Assembly (NCBI GenBank): GCA_043228905.1
Contig: JBHGNT010000010.1
Location: 6,138,001-6,202,000 of the forward strand
DNA: 64,000 nucleotides
DNA from: Azolla caroliniana
Taxonomy: Eukaryota > Plantae > Polypodiophyta
Direction of reading: 5' to 3'
This document shows, one piece after another, positions 24,898 to 36,883 of the stretch. The notes beneath the pieces were generated by a model. The model worked only from the letters and a program-made list of their open reading frames with translations, did no database searches and was not told the origin of the DNA. The position numbers and the translations under genes are program-made. The stretch's first letter is position 1, and every line of letters begins with the position of its first letter.

Positions 24898-27206
24898 TCA
24901 AAGTCTTCATAATTTAGAAATTTGTCCCTTTGTTTGGGAAAATCTTTCCCCAAACTGTGTTTCTGTCCTCTTCGAATGTGGCCCCATGGACGGGACAATG
25001 GCTTCAGTCAACATAGTGGGTTCGACTCCTGCCATTTCAAATTAAAATGTTTTTTCCCTCGATGATCAAGATTGATATTCAAAACATTTGTCATAAGATC
25101 TTCGTATTAGCATGGCTAGTGTTCGATCTAGTAATTCAGAGATTCATTTTCGTCCATTCAACTCCATATTGTGTAATTCTACATCCCGAGCTCATATTTC
25201 TAAGCCGAAAATTTCTCCACGATCCTTGTTTGATTATGAATAAAATACAATGAAGGCTTTTGAACTAAGAACAAATATAACAAAGGCTTTTGAAATAAGA
25301 ATAGATACAATGAGATGTCGGTTGATTTCATTTCTTGGAGTGGTTTGATAGAAAATAAATCAAAAAGATAAAGACATCTTAAGGGAGGCCGAAGAGAGCT
25401 CCTCTTTGACATCATAATGTAGTGGTCTAAGCTCTTTGACGATTGACCTATGTACCTTTGTTGTGTTTGAGATCACAATGCCTCGTGTCCTTATCATATT
25501 GTTGCTCTATCCTTTAATCTGTTATGTATCTTAAGTTTGACACATTTTCCCCTCATAAGCTTCCCACATCACAACAACACGATCTCCACATTTTTCCCAT
25601 GTTCTGGTATATGGCATTACAAAAAGGCATCATTCAAAAAGGAATCCATTAACAAATCATGACACATCTTGTCTCTCATGTTTCAAACCATTTTTACATA
25701 TCTTACATACAACAAAACAATTCTTCTATGTCTTTTTGATATTTTTGCTTACAAATCTTAGATGTCGATATGAGGTACTTTTTTAACCTTAAACTTGTAT
25801 TCATAAACCCTTTCCATTGCCATGCACTCATGCGAAATGATATTGTCTTAAGTAAGAGAGTGTATCACATTTATTTCTTAACTTAGAGAAATTTTATAAG
25901 GAATGCTTTGCGCATTTCCAAACTCTTTCCAAGTGGACTTAGGCATGATCCCACCCCATACTTCCATACCACAAGAAAGAAGCGTTGGTCAAGAACGGAG
26001 AAGGAAGAGCCCTTTGGTTGCTCAACATAAACACAGCAAATGTTGTTGCCCTTGTTCGAAATTGGTATCAATGATTGGCCCGCAAAATCTTGCTTGAGCT
26101 TAGTTAGGCCCCACACTTGGATGGGCCCTTTTTACCCTCCTATACACACAAATCCTTCTCTTGTGCCCCTATAAACATACCCAAGCACAAAAAGACCGAG
26201 GGAAGAACATTACACTTCGTCAAATATCCCTTACTCTACAACAAGAGTTTGATTGTCCACACTTCCAAACAATGTATGCAATGAATTGATTTACGTAGAC
26301 ACAGATTTTTCTTTTACCAAGTTCACACAAAATGCAAAAAAATGGAACCAGAATGACCAGCTCTACACATTAAAACAATAGCCCAAAATCTCCATCTGAG
26401 ATTACATATCTGAGACCAAAAACTTATACAAACTTCCAACAATTCATGTAGGGTAGTCACAAGGTTTGAAGATTCAATGATGGGTTTACAATCATTTGTA
26501 AAGGTGACCCTGAATCTTGGGGGAATGAATTTCACAACCTCACAAAGCCAAACACCACAGTAAAAAGGCAGGGCAAACCTCTAGATATGATAGTGTTACA
26601 AGAGGTGGGGGTCAATAGTTGCTTTGTCCTAGACTTCGAATCTATTGTGCCAAATGTTTCTCGAAATATAGTACGTGGCAACCACTATCAATCCACTATG
26701 CATTTGGTACAAGTCGTTTTTGTTTAGGCCATGATAGTTGACTATGTCAATGATGGTGATTTTTGTAGGTGTAGTAGTACTTCATAATGTAATGTTGTTA
26801 GGTTACTGAGAGATACCTATCTAAGATAAGAAAGATATTTTGGTTCTACCATTTATTTGTGAACCCCAGGGAAAGATTGACCAAACACCTGTTTACATAT
26901 AAATTAAATGGGCATCTTCAACATGTGTCATGTGGTTTAAACTAATAACCAATATTGACAATTAAGTTATTTCTTACCGTAGCATAGTTTACATACATGT
27001 GGATCCTCCATCAACCTGTTGACAATAGCAGATTTATGCCCCTCCCTTCAACCCTACTAAAAAAGGGGTAATTTGCAGTGTGATGGGTAGGGCAGTCCTG
27101 GTTTTTTCATGTGCTGAACTATACCACTACTTTTGGAGGTGCTTCTTTCATGTGCTAAACTTCTATTAACTTAGTGTTGGTCAGCGCCAGATTATACATT
27201 TAGTTC

Positions 27207-27276
27207 TTTAGGGTTTAGAATCTAGGTGCTAACATACCTACGTTTCGGGTCTAGGTTTAGGGTTTAGGGCTAGGTT
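27207..27276 (+). repeat. Short degenerate plant telomere-like (TTTAGGG) patch
   Basis: TTTAGGGTTTAG followed by CTAGGTTTAGGGTTTAGGGCTAGGTTT. Confidence 0.55.
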
Positions 27277-28389
27277 TCGCAGCTTTATTAGAAATAGACT
27301 GTGCAGTTACTTGGGGCTAGCATACAATTACTTGCATAAACCAATATTGTCCCAATTTGCAAGATGTATATTAAGTTTGCAAAGCAAAGACATGATCAAC
27401 AATTCAATTCAATCCCAAGGCTGACTAAATCAAGCATTTGAGGATTCCTAAGCTGTATAAAGTTAAACATCTACTCCTCAAAAGAATTGATCATTAACCT
27501 AAGGCAGGCTTGGGAAATGTCCACTACAGTATATACACACATACTTTGTTGCATATGACATAGCAAATAGAGCATTTGGTTGCCCACAATATGATATTAG
27601 AATAGAGTGATAAGACATTATATCATTTGAGATAAGTCTGACTGTGCAAGAAGTCAATTTCAAGCCATGGAACACAATACTCTAAATTCGGTCATGTCAA
27701 CACATGTCCCGACGTCTTTAGAAAGATGGCCATAGGTAGACTATACCAGCATTTTAACTTTCTTTCACGTACCCTAGCTTGAACACATCCAGGGTTATTG
27801 AAATTTACACTCTTTAAGCCGGCCTTAATTTCCATGCCATCTTTTCCGAATTACCTTTTTCCATTCAATCTTTTCATCAACGAGGTCATCAACCCTTCAT
27901 TCTTGGATAGCAACATTAAGATTAAGTATAAGGCATTCAAAAGGACGACATCTTCTTGATCAACCTATTGATTTGACACACACAGGTTTGGATTGCTATT
28001 TTGTTCTCTATCAAATTTAACCTTTTGATCTAATTTAAAGATCAACAAAGAGAAGTTTCATCCGTTTCTATTGAATTAAAAGGTATCCACACAGTAATCT
28101 GATGGGGTCCTTTGCCATTAGAGATTAGGTCAGCAAAGAGATTAGTTAAAGACATCGTCAGTCAGAATTTATCACTACTTTCGAATGAAAGTTGCAAGAT
28201 ATCTCACAGGTATCCAAATTAACTGCCTGAGAGAATAATCAGAAAACCATAACTACGTTACCAACTTCATTCACGATTTCGATTGCAGCAACCGCATCTC
28301 TCAATCTAAAAGATACAGCAATATCTTCCTATGGACTAAGTTCATCACTAGGAAGATGTGCTATTCACGCTGTTGAATCATAACAAATA

Positions 28390-29051
28390 CCTCAGAAACA
28401 GCCTCTAGTATCACCACATCGATGAGAGATATTTCGTCTCCATCTCAGACGGTAATTCCAAGTAGATTGTGATCATCACCGGTAAGAATATAGAGAAAAA
28501 ATGCTAGCCAACGAGTTAGGTAAGATAAATTAAAATCTTGATAGAAAAACAATCCATGAAGGAAAGGAACCCAAATCCAACCAAAAATAGTTCAGATCTC
28601 ACTCCTCAGAAACAGCCTCTAGTGTGACCACATCGATGTTGAGAAATATGTCACTCAATATCTCAGACGGTAATTCCAAGTAGATTGTGCTCATCACAGG
28701 CGAAATTTTACGAAGTTGGAAGAACACATTGAGCATTCGATGGATGATGAAATGACGATATGACGAACAAAAACGAAAAGCTAAAACTTGGACAGGTAAT
28801 CTGAAGCCAGCGATAAGAAGGATCTGTTGGGAAAATTGCGCAGAAAACACGCATAAACCATAGATGGAAGCCCTTCAATCAGAGACCGAGAAACCTAAAG
28901 ATTGCTCCAAATGCAAACTTCCAAATTCGCTAGCTGAGAGCAGTGAAGGGGCCTCAGAAACAGCCTCTAGATGTAACTACATCGACTGAGAAAAGGCTTT
29001 CGTCTTCTCAATCTCAGACGGTAATTCCAAGTCGATATTACTCGTCACAGG
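28390..29051 (-). pseudogene. Three dispersed ~95-bp copies of an F-box-like coding segment
   Basis: Copies at ~28390-28480, ~28603-28700 and ~28952-29051; the middle copy reads MSTIYLELPSEILSDIFLNIDVVTLEAVSE on the minus strand. Confidence 0.55.
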
Positions 29052-29260
29052 CCCCAGAAGAACAGGAAAGAGAAGATCGCCATGGCTGGAAACAGAAACC
29101 CATTAGCATTAAGAAGGACAAAGAATTAGGGTTTTCGCATGGTTGGTTTCACACCTTGTCCGGGATGATTAGGTGATGTATATAGTTTCTGGGTGTCTTC
29201 CATCGTGAGAAGTCGATGGGATAGATCTATGACCCGAAATGTGGTCACGGCAAATCGGCC

Positions 29261-29501
29261 ATGTATGTATGTATGTATGAATGTATGTATGTATGGATGG
29301 ATGGATGGATGGATGGATGTATGTATGTATGTATGTATGTATGGATGGATGGATGGATGCATGGATGTTTGTATGTATGTGTGTATCTATCCATCAATCT
29401 ATCGATCCACTATCTATCGATCCACTATCTATCTATTTACGTACGTATGTATGTATGTATGTATGTATGTATGTATGTATGTATGTATGTATGTATGTAT
29501 G
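29261..29501. repeat. Compound tetranucleotide microsatellite (ATGT)n/(ATGG)n/(ATCT)n
   Basis: Directly visible in the sequence. Confidence 0.95.
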
Positions 29502-31529
29502 GCCATTGGGTTGGCCACCATGTCACTAGTTTGATTGTGTCATCTCCAACGTAAGTCTTGATGATATTCACCAATGTGTGAATTATGGTACTTTAGTTTC
29601 CCCCTTGTCTATTCTCTCCATGTTCTTCTCTCTCATTTCAGTCTTTTAAACATCACATTAGTATAGCACAATACAAAGTGAAAAGTAGCACACATAACAA
29701 CTTCAAGGTGAACAAAGCTCCATGCCAAAGCTTGATTGACCATCTGAACACACCAAGCCGAAAATGTCTAATTCAACATCATGGGAAAGAAGATCACCTA
29801 CACATTGTGGTAAAAGCTTCACACCACATTCAAGTTAAGTTTGGATCTACAAACTACCTAGCTAATTATAATCCAGCTCTTATTCTCCATGAATATAAAA
29901 GAATTGAGAAAGATCACAAACTACATGAACAAGTTTGTTATCTATGGGACAAAGGGCATGAAGTATGAAACGAATCTAAGGAAACAAGTAAGGTGAAAAG
30001 GAGAATCGACCGAGCATGAAGGGGTAGATAAACGGAATACGCACAGTCGTGAATGAAGGTCGAAAATAGGAGAGAGCATTGAGATGAAAACAGAAACTAT
30101 AAAAAGTAAGCAGTAGCAACAAGAAGGGGGGGGGGGGGGGGGTAAAGAGAGAGATGTCAGTATACCTTTAAGAGAGGGAGATACTCCTATTATACAGGTT
30201 GAGAGATCTATATATGTAGGCCAGTTTTTCCCTGTTAGAAGAAGTGAATAGAATTGTCGGTCGTGAGCTGTGTAATCGTTTACGTAGTAATCTCGTAATA
30301 CACAATTTCGAGTCTATCTTTTCTTGTTATTAAACATTTGTCTTTACTATTGGGTTTTCTGTTCGAGTTATAAGTATAAGTCAAAAGACCGGTTGTGGCC
30401 GGCCATTTTCATTATCGATCGGCCTACTCGATCCCTATTCTTCCTTCCTACATAACCACGATTCCTTGCCCGAATTATCTAGGAAGTAATCGAAGGTGTA
30501 TCTCTGAAGAAGAGGTAACAAAGTTCACACATGTGTTGACAAACTCTTGAGTCAAGGCATCAACTTTAATGATGATGTGAACTCCCTAGCACTCTTATCC
30601 CATTTACACTATCTTTGGAGATATTGTGCACGACATAGGCAAACATCAACACCAAAATGGCAAAGGCTATATAGAGTATTATCATCGTCGAATATGTGAG
30701 GTGTCGAGCAAACCATTTGACAACCTGAATTTGGCCGTAGCACAATGTGAAATCAAATAACCAAAATAAGGATAAAAATAATGGCAAGAAACAACAGTAT
30801 AATTGGGGTGAGTCACAATCTAGGACAGAAGTTAGCCAACTATTTCAGGGCTAACTAGACCAAATAAATGCAAGAAGGAGAACCAAAACAATCACTAATT
30901 TTTTATTCCATAAACACCATCAAATCAAGTTCATCCTCACAAAGACAAACTAACTTAACGTAATAACAACCCCCCATCCGATGTGATTCACCTAGAAAAC
31001 AAAATATCAAATGAAGTATTATTCAATACTGAATATTCGCACATGTGGCTACTTGATTCAACAACTACCCTACTACAACCGAATGCATATGATTAGATGA
31101 CATGTAAGAGTGTCAGGTAATTAGCATGAACCAAGTACCAGTCCGACTCACCAACGATAAAGCCATCACTTTTCAATAGGTATGACACATACCTAACCTA
31201 ACTCATAGTATGATCTTTGTTGGTATCTCATGAGATGACGAGCATATAGTAGCCTTTTTAGATTGTCTAGCACTTTTTCAAGGGGAGCCTATTCATAGGG
31301 AGAGGATGACATATCCACGATCATTATCCTCTAGTTGTAGCCATTAGGGATACATCTATAATAAACATAGTTGAGTTTTTGCAATGAAGACTTAACTTCC
31401 TTGAGCTATATGTTGAGCCTTGATTTCAATATCTTTGAATTTTGTGGTTGTTTCCCTAATGGCAAACATGCCTAGAATTTGCTTAACCTTCACAATGACA
31501 GAGTGTAGAACCCACATGAGTTAGTTCAT

Positions 31530-33070
31530 TCAAATACTTGTGGCCCTATGTCACATCATTGTTCAAGAAGAGCTTTATACTTCTTTTGCTTCATCAACGA
31601 CGCAACCTTGGAAGTATGGGCCTACTTAATCCAATAAAGGATCGAACATTTCTTGGTCTTAAGAAAATGGTTGACTAAGGTAGAGCATCAACCCATACAA
31701 TCGAGGAGAATACACCTCAACTACTTTCATTGACAACATGATACAACAAGGAATCTAACATCAAAGGATATCCCCACATAATATTATTTGCAGAATAGAA
31801 GTATCTGATTTTCTTAGGGCGCATTACGATTATGCTCGCACATGTCAGACTTCACTTAAAAAAAAGATCTTGCATTAAACACCACACAATTTAACTCATC
31901 AACATGTCTCCATTTAAGCCCATCCAACTCCACGTACCACATGTGTTATGATAGTATAAGAAGCCTAACTATGACACGCCACATTTTTAGATGTGAAGCA
32001 TTCATGCTTGTATCATCTAGAACTTGACGTAGGCTAGAGGCCCAATCGAAGTGTTGCATCTTTCTTTGATATGACACCATTACGAAAGTTAGACACCAAC
32101 AATGGGACCTGAAATTGAGGCAACTTTTGAGAAGCATCAATGTCATATTCAATGAAAGCGTGATGCTCTATGCACTTAGATTGAACTATGTGTACTTTAC
32201 AATTTGTTGGTGAACTAAACACCTATCACTAGGTGGTCTCAACCCTTGATGATAAGAAGTGGAAAGTTCCCATGCAATCCAATATGGATGCATTTGAGTA
32301 GAACTGTACATGGGATCTAGTCCCACTAACTAAATATCGGAATGCACTATCCTGCCAATATTGGTGTGGGTGCAAATACAAGTATACCGACAACATTGAC
32401 AAACCAAAGTACAACGCCACACTAATTGCCAAATATATAAAACATGAGGAAGGGATTTACTATGATGAGATCTTCTCCCTATTGATACAACTGGCTATAC
32501 TCTATCTTTTATCATGTGTTTGTGTTGCACGCATCTTTGACCTAGAGTAGATGGAGATGAAAATAACCCTCTTCCTTGACATCCTAGATGAAGACATCTA
32601 TATGAAACAACTACCAAGCTTCAAAACATTGGGATTGATTTCCAACATAGTTTGCATATTTTGGAAAAGTATTTACGAAAATAAGTAGGGACCTTTGAAA
32701 TGGTATGGGAAGTTTGACTCCAACATCCAATTGTTGGGGTACATTCGATGTGACTTTGTGTCTAGACAAAAATGTTCTTGACAAGTCTCACATATACCTC
32801 ATCCTTTATGTAGACAACATGCTTATGGCCAAAAGAACAAGTTCGTTATCTCTAATGTGAAACACCAACTTAGCAATATTTTCGTAATTAAGGATCTTCG
32901 AGCAAACCAACACATTCTAGGTATGTGGATCTCCTACAAGTGATCAGGTAGAACATTTCATCCTAAACAGAGCACCTAAATTGGTGGAATTCTTTCACAT
33001 GCACTAATGAAAAGTTCAAGGTATGACACCCATTGGTTTTAGTGCATATTGCAAGGTCGATTGTCCAACA
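31530..33070 (+). mobile_element. Highly decayed copia remnant (integrase to RT), related to family B
   Basis: TGTGGCCCTATG..TTCATCAACGAC..GTATGGGCCTA aligns with 63728-63815; reads KYNATLIAK..GIYYDEIFS and LILYVDNML. Confidence 0.7.
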
Positions 33071-33177
33071 CTAGATCTAGATCTAGATCTCTCTCATTAT
33101 CGTATTTAGCTTACCCTAGTGGTAAGTCACCTCTCTATTACTCCATACATATCCTCTTAATTTACTAGATGCCATTG

Positions 33178-33247
33178 TGGAATGTAGGGGTTGAACCCAT
33201 GACCACCTGGTCTCCATTGGGTAACCTTACCAACTGATCCCAAGCTC
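33178..33247 (-). other. tRNA-derived SINE-like or tRNA pseudogene fragment
   Basis: Minus strand has A-box-like TGGGATCAGTTGGT and B-box-like GGTTCAACCCC at tRNA-like spacing. Confidence 0.5.
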
Positions 33248-33892
33248 GAAATTCTAAGCCAAAAATTCTGATGCAACCCTGTGGCAAAGCTTTCGTGTTA
33301 GATATTCAAACAAGGATTTCTGCAAAACAGAGAAATATGTATTGTATTAAATTTTGTAAGAATTATTAAGTTTATGAGGGTGTAAGTATAACAAGAAATT
33401 CTCTCAACTCTGTTACATAGAGTGACTAAGTGATAGAAGAAAGATAAGAAGAAGATAGGGGTAAACAGAGAGATTAAGATCAAAGTAGAGCTTCAAAGGG
33501 ATAACCTTGACTTTCAATATGATGTTTCAACGAACGATAGCCACGTTGCCTTTTGTTGTTGTTAATCTCACATGCCCACTTGATTTGCAACCCTAGCTTT
33601 CTCTTTTCGGGTTTTGACAATGGTTTCGTGTCTCTAACTTGGCCCCCAAAACAATGAGCCATCTCCCCCCTTCTTAAAAGATTTGGGAGTCTCTCTCCCA
33701 AAATAAAAAAGTGGTTGTTCTTCTTTTTTATTTTTGCATGCACCACACTTGTTTTTTTTACTTGCATGTTCTACCTTTCTTCTTGATGCTAGCAAAAGAT
33801 AATCGACCTTTCTTTCAGGAGCCCGATGCTAGCAAAAAAGTAATTATAATGTCTACTCCCACGTTCATTGATCCACTTTATCTCCTATTATG

Positions 33893-33956
33893 CATGTAGA
33901 ACTCAAACCTTTGACCTCCCACTCATAGCACATGCCTTTAGAAATTGAGCTAGGTC
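33893..33956 (-). other. Second tRNA-derived SINE-like fragment
   Basis: Minus strand TAGCTCAATT..GGAGGTCAAAGGTTTGAGTTC. Confidence 0.35.
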
Positions 33957-34369
33957 ATTTTATTACACTTTAAGTCCAAGTTTTTAAATATTCCTAGTTG
34001 AACTTAGTTCCTCCTATGCATTTCCCACATCACGACATCGTCAAGTGTTCATCCTATAGAGGTACTAGCCATGCAAAGAGTATACAAGTAAATCACAAAT
34101 GTCAAGAATATGCATGATCATTGACTACCCAAACAAGCTTGGAATATAAGATGCAAAGGTACTAAAAAACAATAAGGTCAAAATCTTCTAATGTGGCTAG
34201 GTGCTTGACCTTATGAAATGGTTTAAGATATGGGGAGTAAAAGATCAGTTGGAGCTCTCAAATGATGTTATGAAGTATGTGATCATCAAGCCTGATAGAT
34301 TACCGAAGACACTAAGGATAAAGTCAGAATATGTCGCAACATTTAAAGGTCTCTTACATTTAGATTTAG

Positions 34370-36121
34370 GTACTTCTAATGTTGGTACTATTGATATTCT
34401 CTTTCTACATGAGCATCACCTGTGGAGGGATAGGATTCAGAAGTATGGCCCCATTTTACCAGGACAATGGACTCATTTTTGGGTTCCTGCCTTTGGTCCA
34501 AATGGCCTTCAGGACGGATTATGTATTGCTCTTGGACAACACTTGCAGTCTATTATCTTGTTAGCAAGTACTACTATGAATAAACATGCATAGTTTCTTA
34601 TTGTAAAATTAGGGTCTTAGAAGGTTGGCTTAATGAATATCTACGCCCCTAACTTTGTGTTAGTTAGAGAGGGCATGTTTGTGGCTGTCTTTTTCAGAAT
34701 ATGTGGGTTTAGCAAATTGTTGGTTAGTGGGAGGCGATTTTAATATGATCGAGGATGCTTCCAAAGAGTAGGAAGTACAACTACTATAGTTTCAGGTTGG
34801 GACGCTAAGTGTTGGGACTCCTTTTGTTTTGCCTTTGGTCTGCTTGATTTATGGAAGGTGCATTCTTTCTCACGTGTACAAGGATCCCTGCAAATTTCTA
34901 GATCAGATGAGAGTGTGGCTAGTGCTACTTTGTCTTGGCTGGATAGATTTTATGCCAACAGTTTTTTTTGGGATTCCGGGATCAACAATATCTGACCATG
35001 ACCCTTTGAAGTTAAATGTTACATTTAATAAGAAGCGGTATTCTAAACAATTGTGTATCCCTCCTTCCTTGCTATCTAATGATAGCCATCGAATGTCAAA
35101 TGTTCAAATATGGTCGAAATACAACTTGATGGATGATTGTTTGCTTCGTAATATGGTTAATGCCATACTTGATACAAAAAATTTCTTCACAAATATAGAT
35201 TCAACTTCGGTGTACCGCTACAATTAAGAAACTGCCAATTTACATCTTGGTCTTGCAGCATTTCAAAAACTGTTGGAAAGGTATTCAACTTCATCTATGC
35301 CACTTTTTGATTTGTTGTAGGTAAAAAGAAGTTTAAAAGAAAAGCACTGGGCACATCCGATGTTCCTCTTCTATCGTAATGTTGCTCGTTGGTCTCAAAA
35401 GCAACCTTGGGTCAATAAGGAATTCTTCAATCAGTTTAAATGAAAATATAAACCTATCTATATTACTTCCTTGAAACGGCCAAATGGATCATATACATAA
35501 AATGACTCTGAGATGCGAGGTATAGTTTCATATTACTATCATCAGTTGTTGTCTGCTACAATTTTTACAACAAATAGTCTTTATAGGAAACAAGTTATAC
35601 TTGCAACTGTTCAGCAGAAGGTTATTGATGTGTATCTCATTTACATTTTAGGAGGTTTTATCTGCAACTAAATCCTTGGGTAAGGATGTTTTTCCAAGAA
35701 AAGACGAAATAGGAGTGGGCTTCTACTTACATTATTGGGATTTTCTTGGTCCTATTCTCACTAGAGTGACTAATATAATATTCTCAATGGGGACTATCCC
35801 GACGGAATGGATGGAAGGAATCATATATATGATTCCTAAGTCAGATGCTCAATGTGATGAAATCTTTAAGTGGCAGCCAATAACATTGCTCAATGATGTT
35901 TATAAAATTGTGGCAAAAACTATTGCCATTAGATTACGATCTTTGTGGCTATGGGTGGGTGAAGAACCTCATCCCACTCGGTATCCAAGTCCTGCTTTCC
36001 AATGGCTTCACCAGGGTGAAACTGTTCGGTATTTGGGATGCCTAGTTGGTATAGATTTGAAATAAGAAGCTATGTTATCCCAATTGCTATTGTCAATAAA
36101 GCATAGACTATTATATTGGGA
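34370..36121 (+). mobile_element. Degenerate L1-like LINE ORF2 (AP endonuclease plus internally deleted RT), cut by an LTR at 36122
   Basis: IDILFLHEHHL, MNIYAPN, VGGDFNMI, WLDRFYA, ISDHDPL, MIPK..WQPITLLNDVYKIVAKTIA.RL, VRYLG. Confidence 0.85.
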
Positions 36122-36408
36122 TGTGTTATTGCTAGGGCCGGACAACAACGTAACACAGGGTGTCCACTTAAGACACGTCACCAAAGGGTGGTACGGCAGA
36201 ATGACTTACGACACAACGCTTAATTAGACCTTAATCGATTACTTAGCCATCCGTAATTAACACGCGTAAGATATAACAATAAATATAGAACGATAATCAA
36301 CACTTGAAGATTAAGACAATAAGCTTTATTAATTATCCGCTCCTGATTACATTGTAATCGGGCCTTTATATAGGTCTCCGGTGCGAAATACAAAACGATG
36401 CCAACAGG

Positions 36409-36537
36409 TGTCAGGAACTCTATTAAGGCAGAGAAGGAATTAGTACTAAAAGAAGGATTAGTACTATTGTTGGGGAATAGTACTAAGACAGAGAAGGATT
36501 AGTACTATGAGAGGTGTCGAACTTTGAGAGAAGGAAT

Positions 36538-36593
<56 letters not shown>

Positions 36594-36883
36594 TGATGCG
36601 AAAGATATATGTATTATATGACGGAAGATATACAACAGTAGTTAGAAGGCTTAAGACTGGCATTGAACCGATTTGGTTCGAACTAATGCCTTGCGCCTCC
36701 TTTTATAGTGTCTTCAAGAATACTCCTGAAGTTTCTAGAATGTTCCAGAGAAATCTGGAATATACATCAATTTCCCAATAAAACCTAAATGAAAATAATA
36801 TCCTTCAAATTACAATTCATAACCTAATGGTAAAGTCTCGACCCGTGTAACAAAAGGTTATGGGTTCGAGTCTAGTTATGACA
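36409..36883 (-). repeat. 3' LTR of the chromovirus
   Basis: TGTCA..TGACA ends; near-identical to 41718-42182. Confidence 0.96.

Noticed and set aside
25014-25036. GTGGGTTCGACTCCTGC, a T-arm-like motif
   Set aside because: No A-box, D-arm or acceptor stem; too short to call a tRNA.
25883-26535. Short minus-strand ORFs with coding-like composition
   Set aside because: No recognisable motif or consistent splice model.
28390-29051. Repeat-spacer pattern considered as CRISPR-like
   Set aside because: Repeats are ~95 bp and diverged, spacing is irregular, the context is eukaryotic, and there are no cas genes.
29126-29554. MYVC/MDGW repeat ORFs
   Set aside because: Tetranucleotide microsatellite translations.
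34040-34300. Possible 3' fragment of a second LINE type
   Set aside because: The resemblance is from memory and too weak to support a feature.
36860-36875. GGGTTCGAGTCT B-box-like motif at the chromovirus LTR end
   Set aside because: No A-box or cloverleaf; it is part of the LTR terminus.
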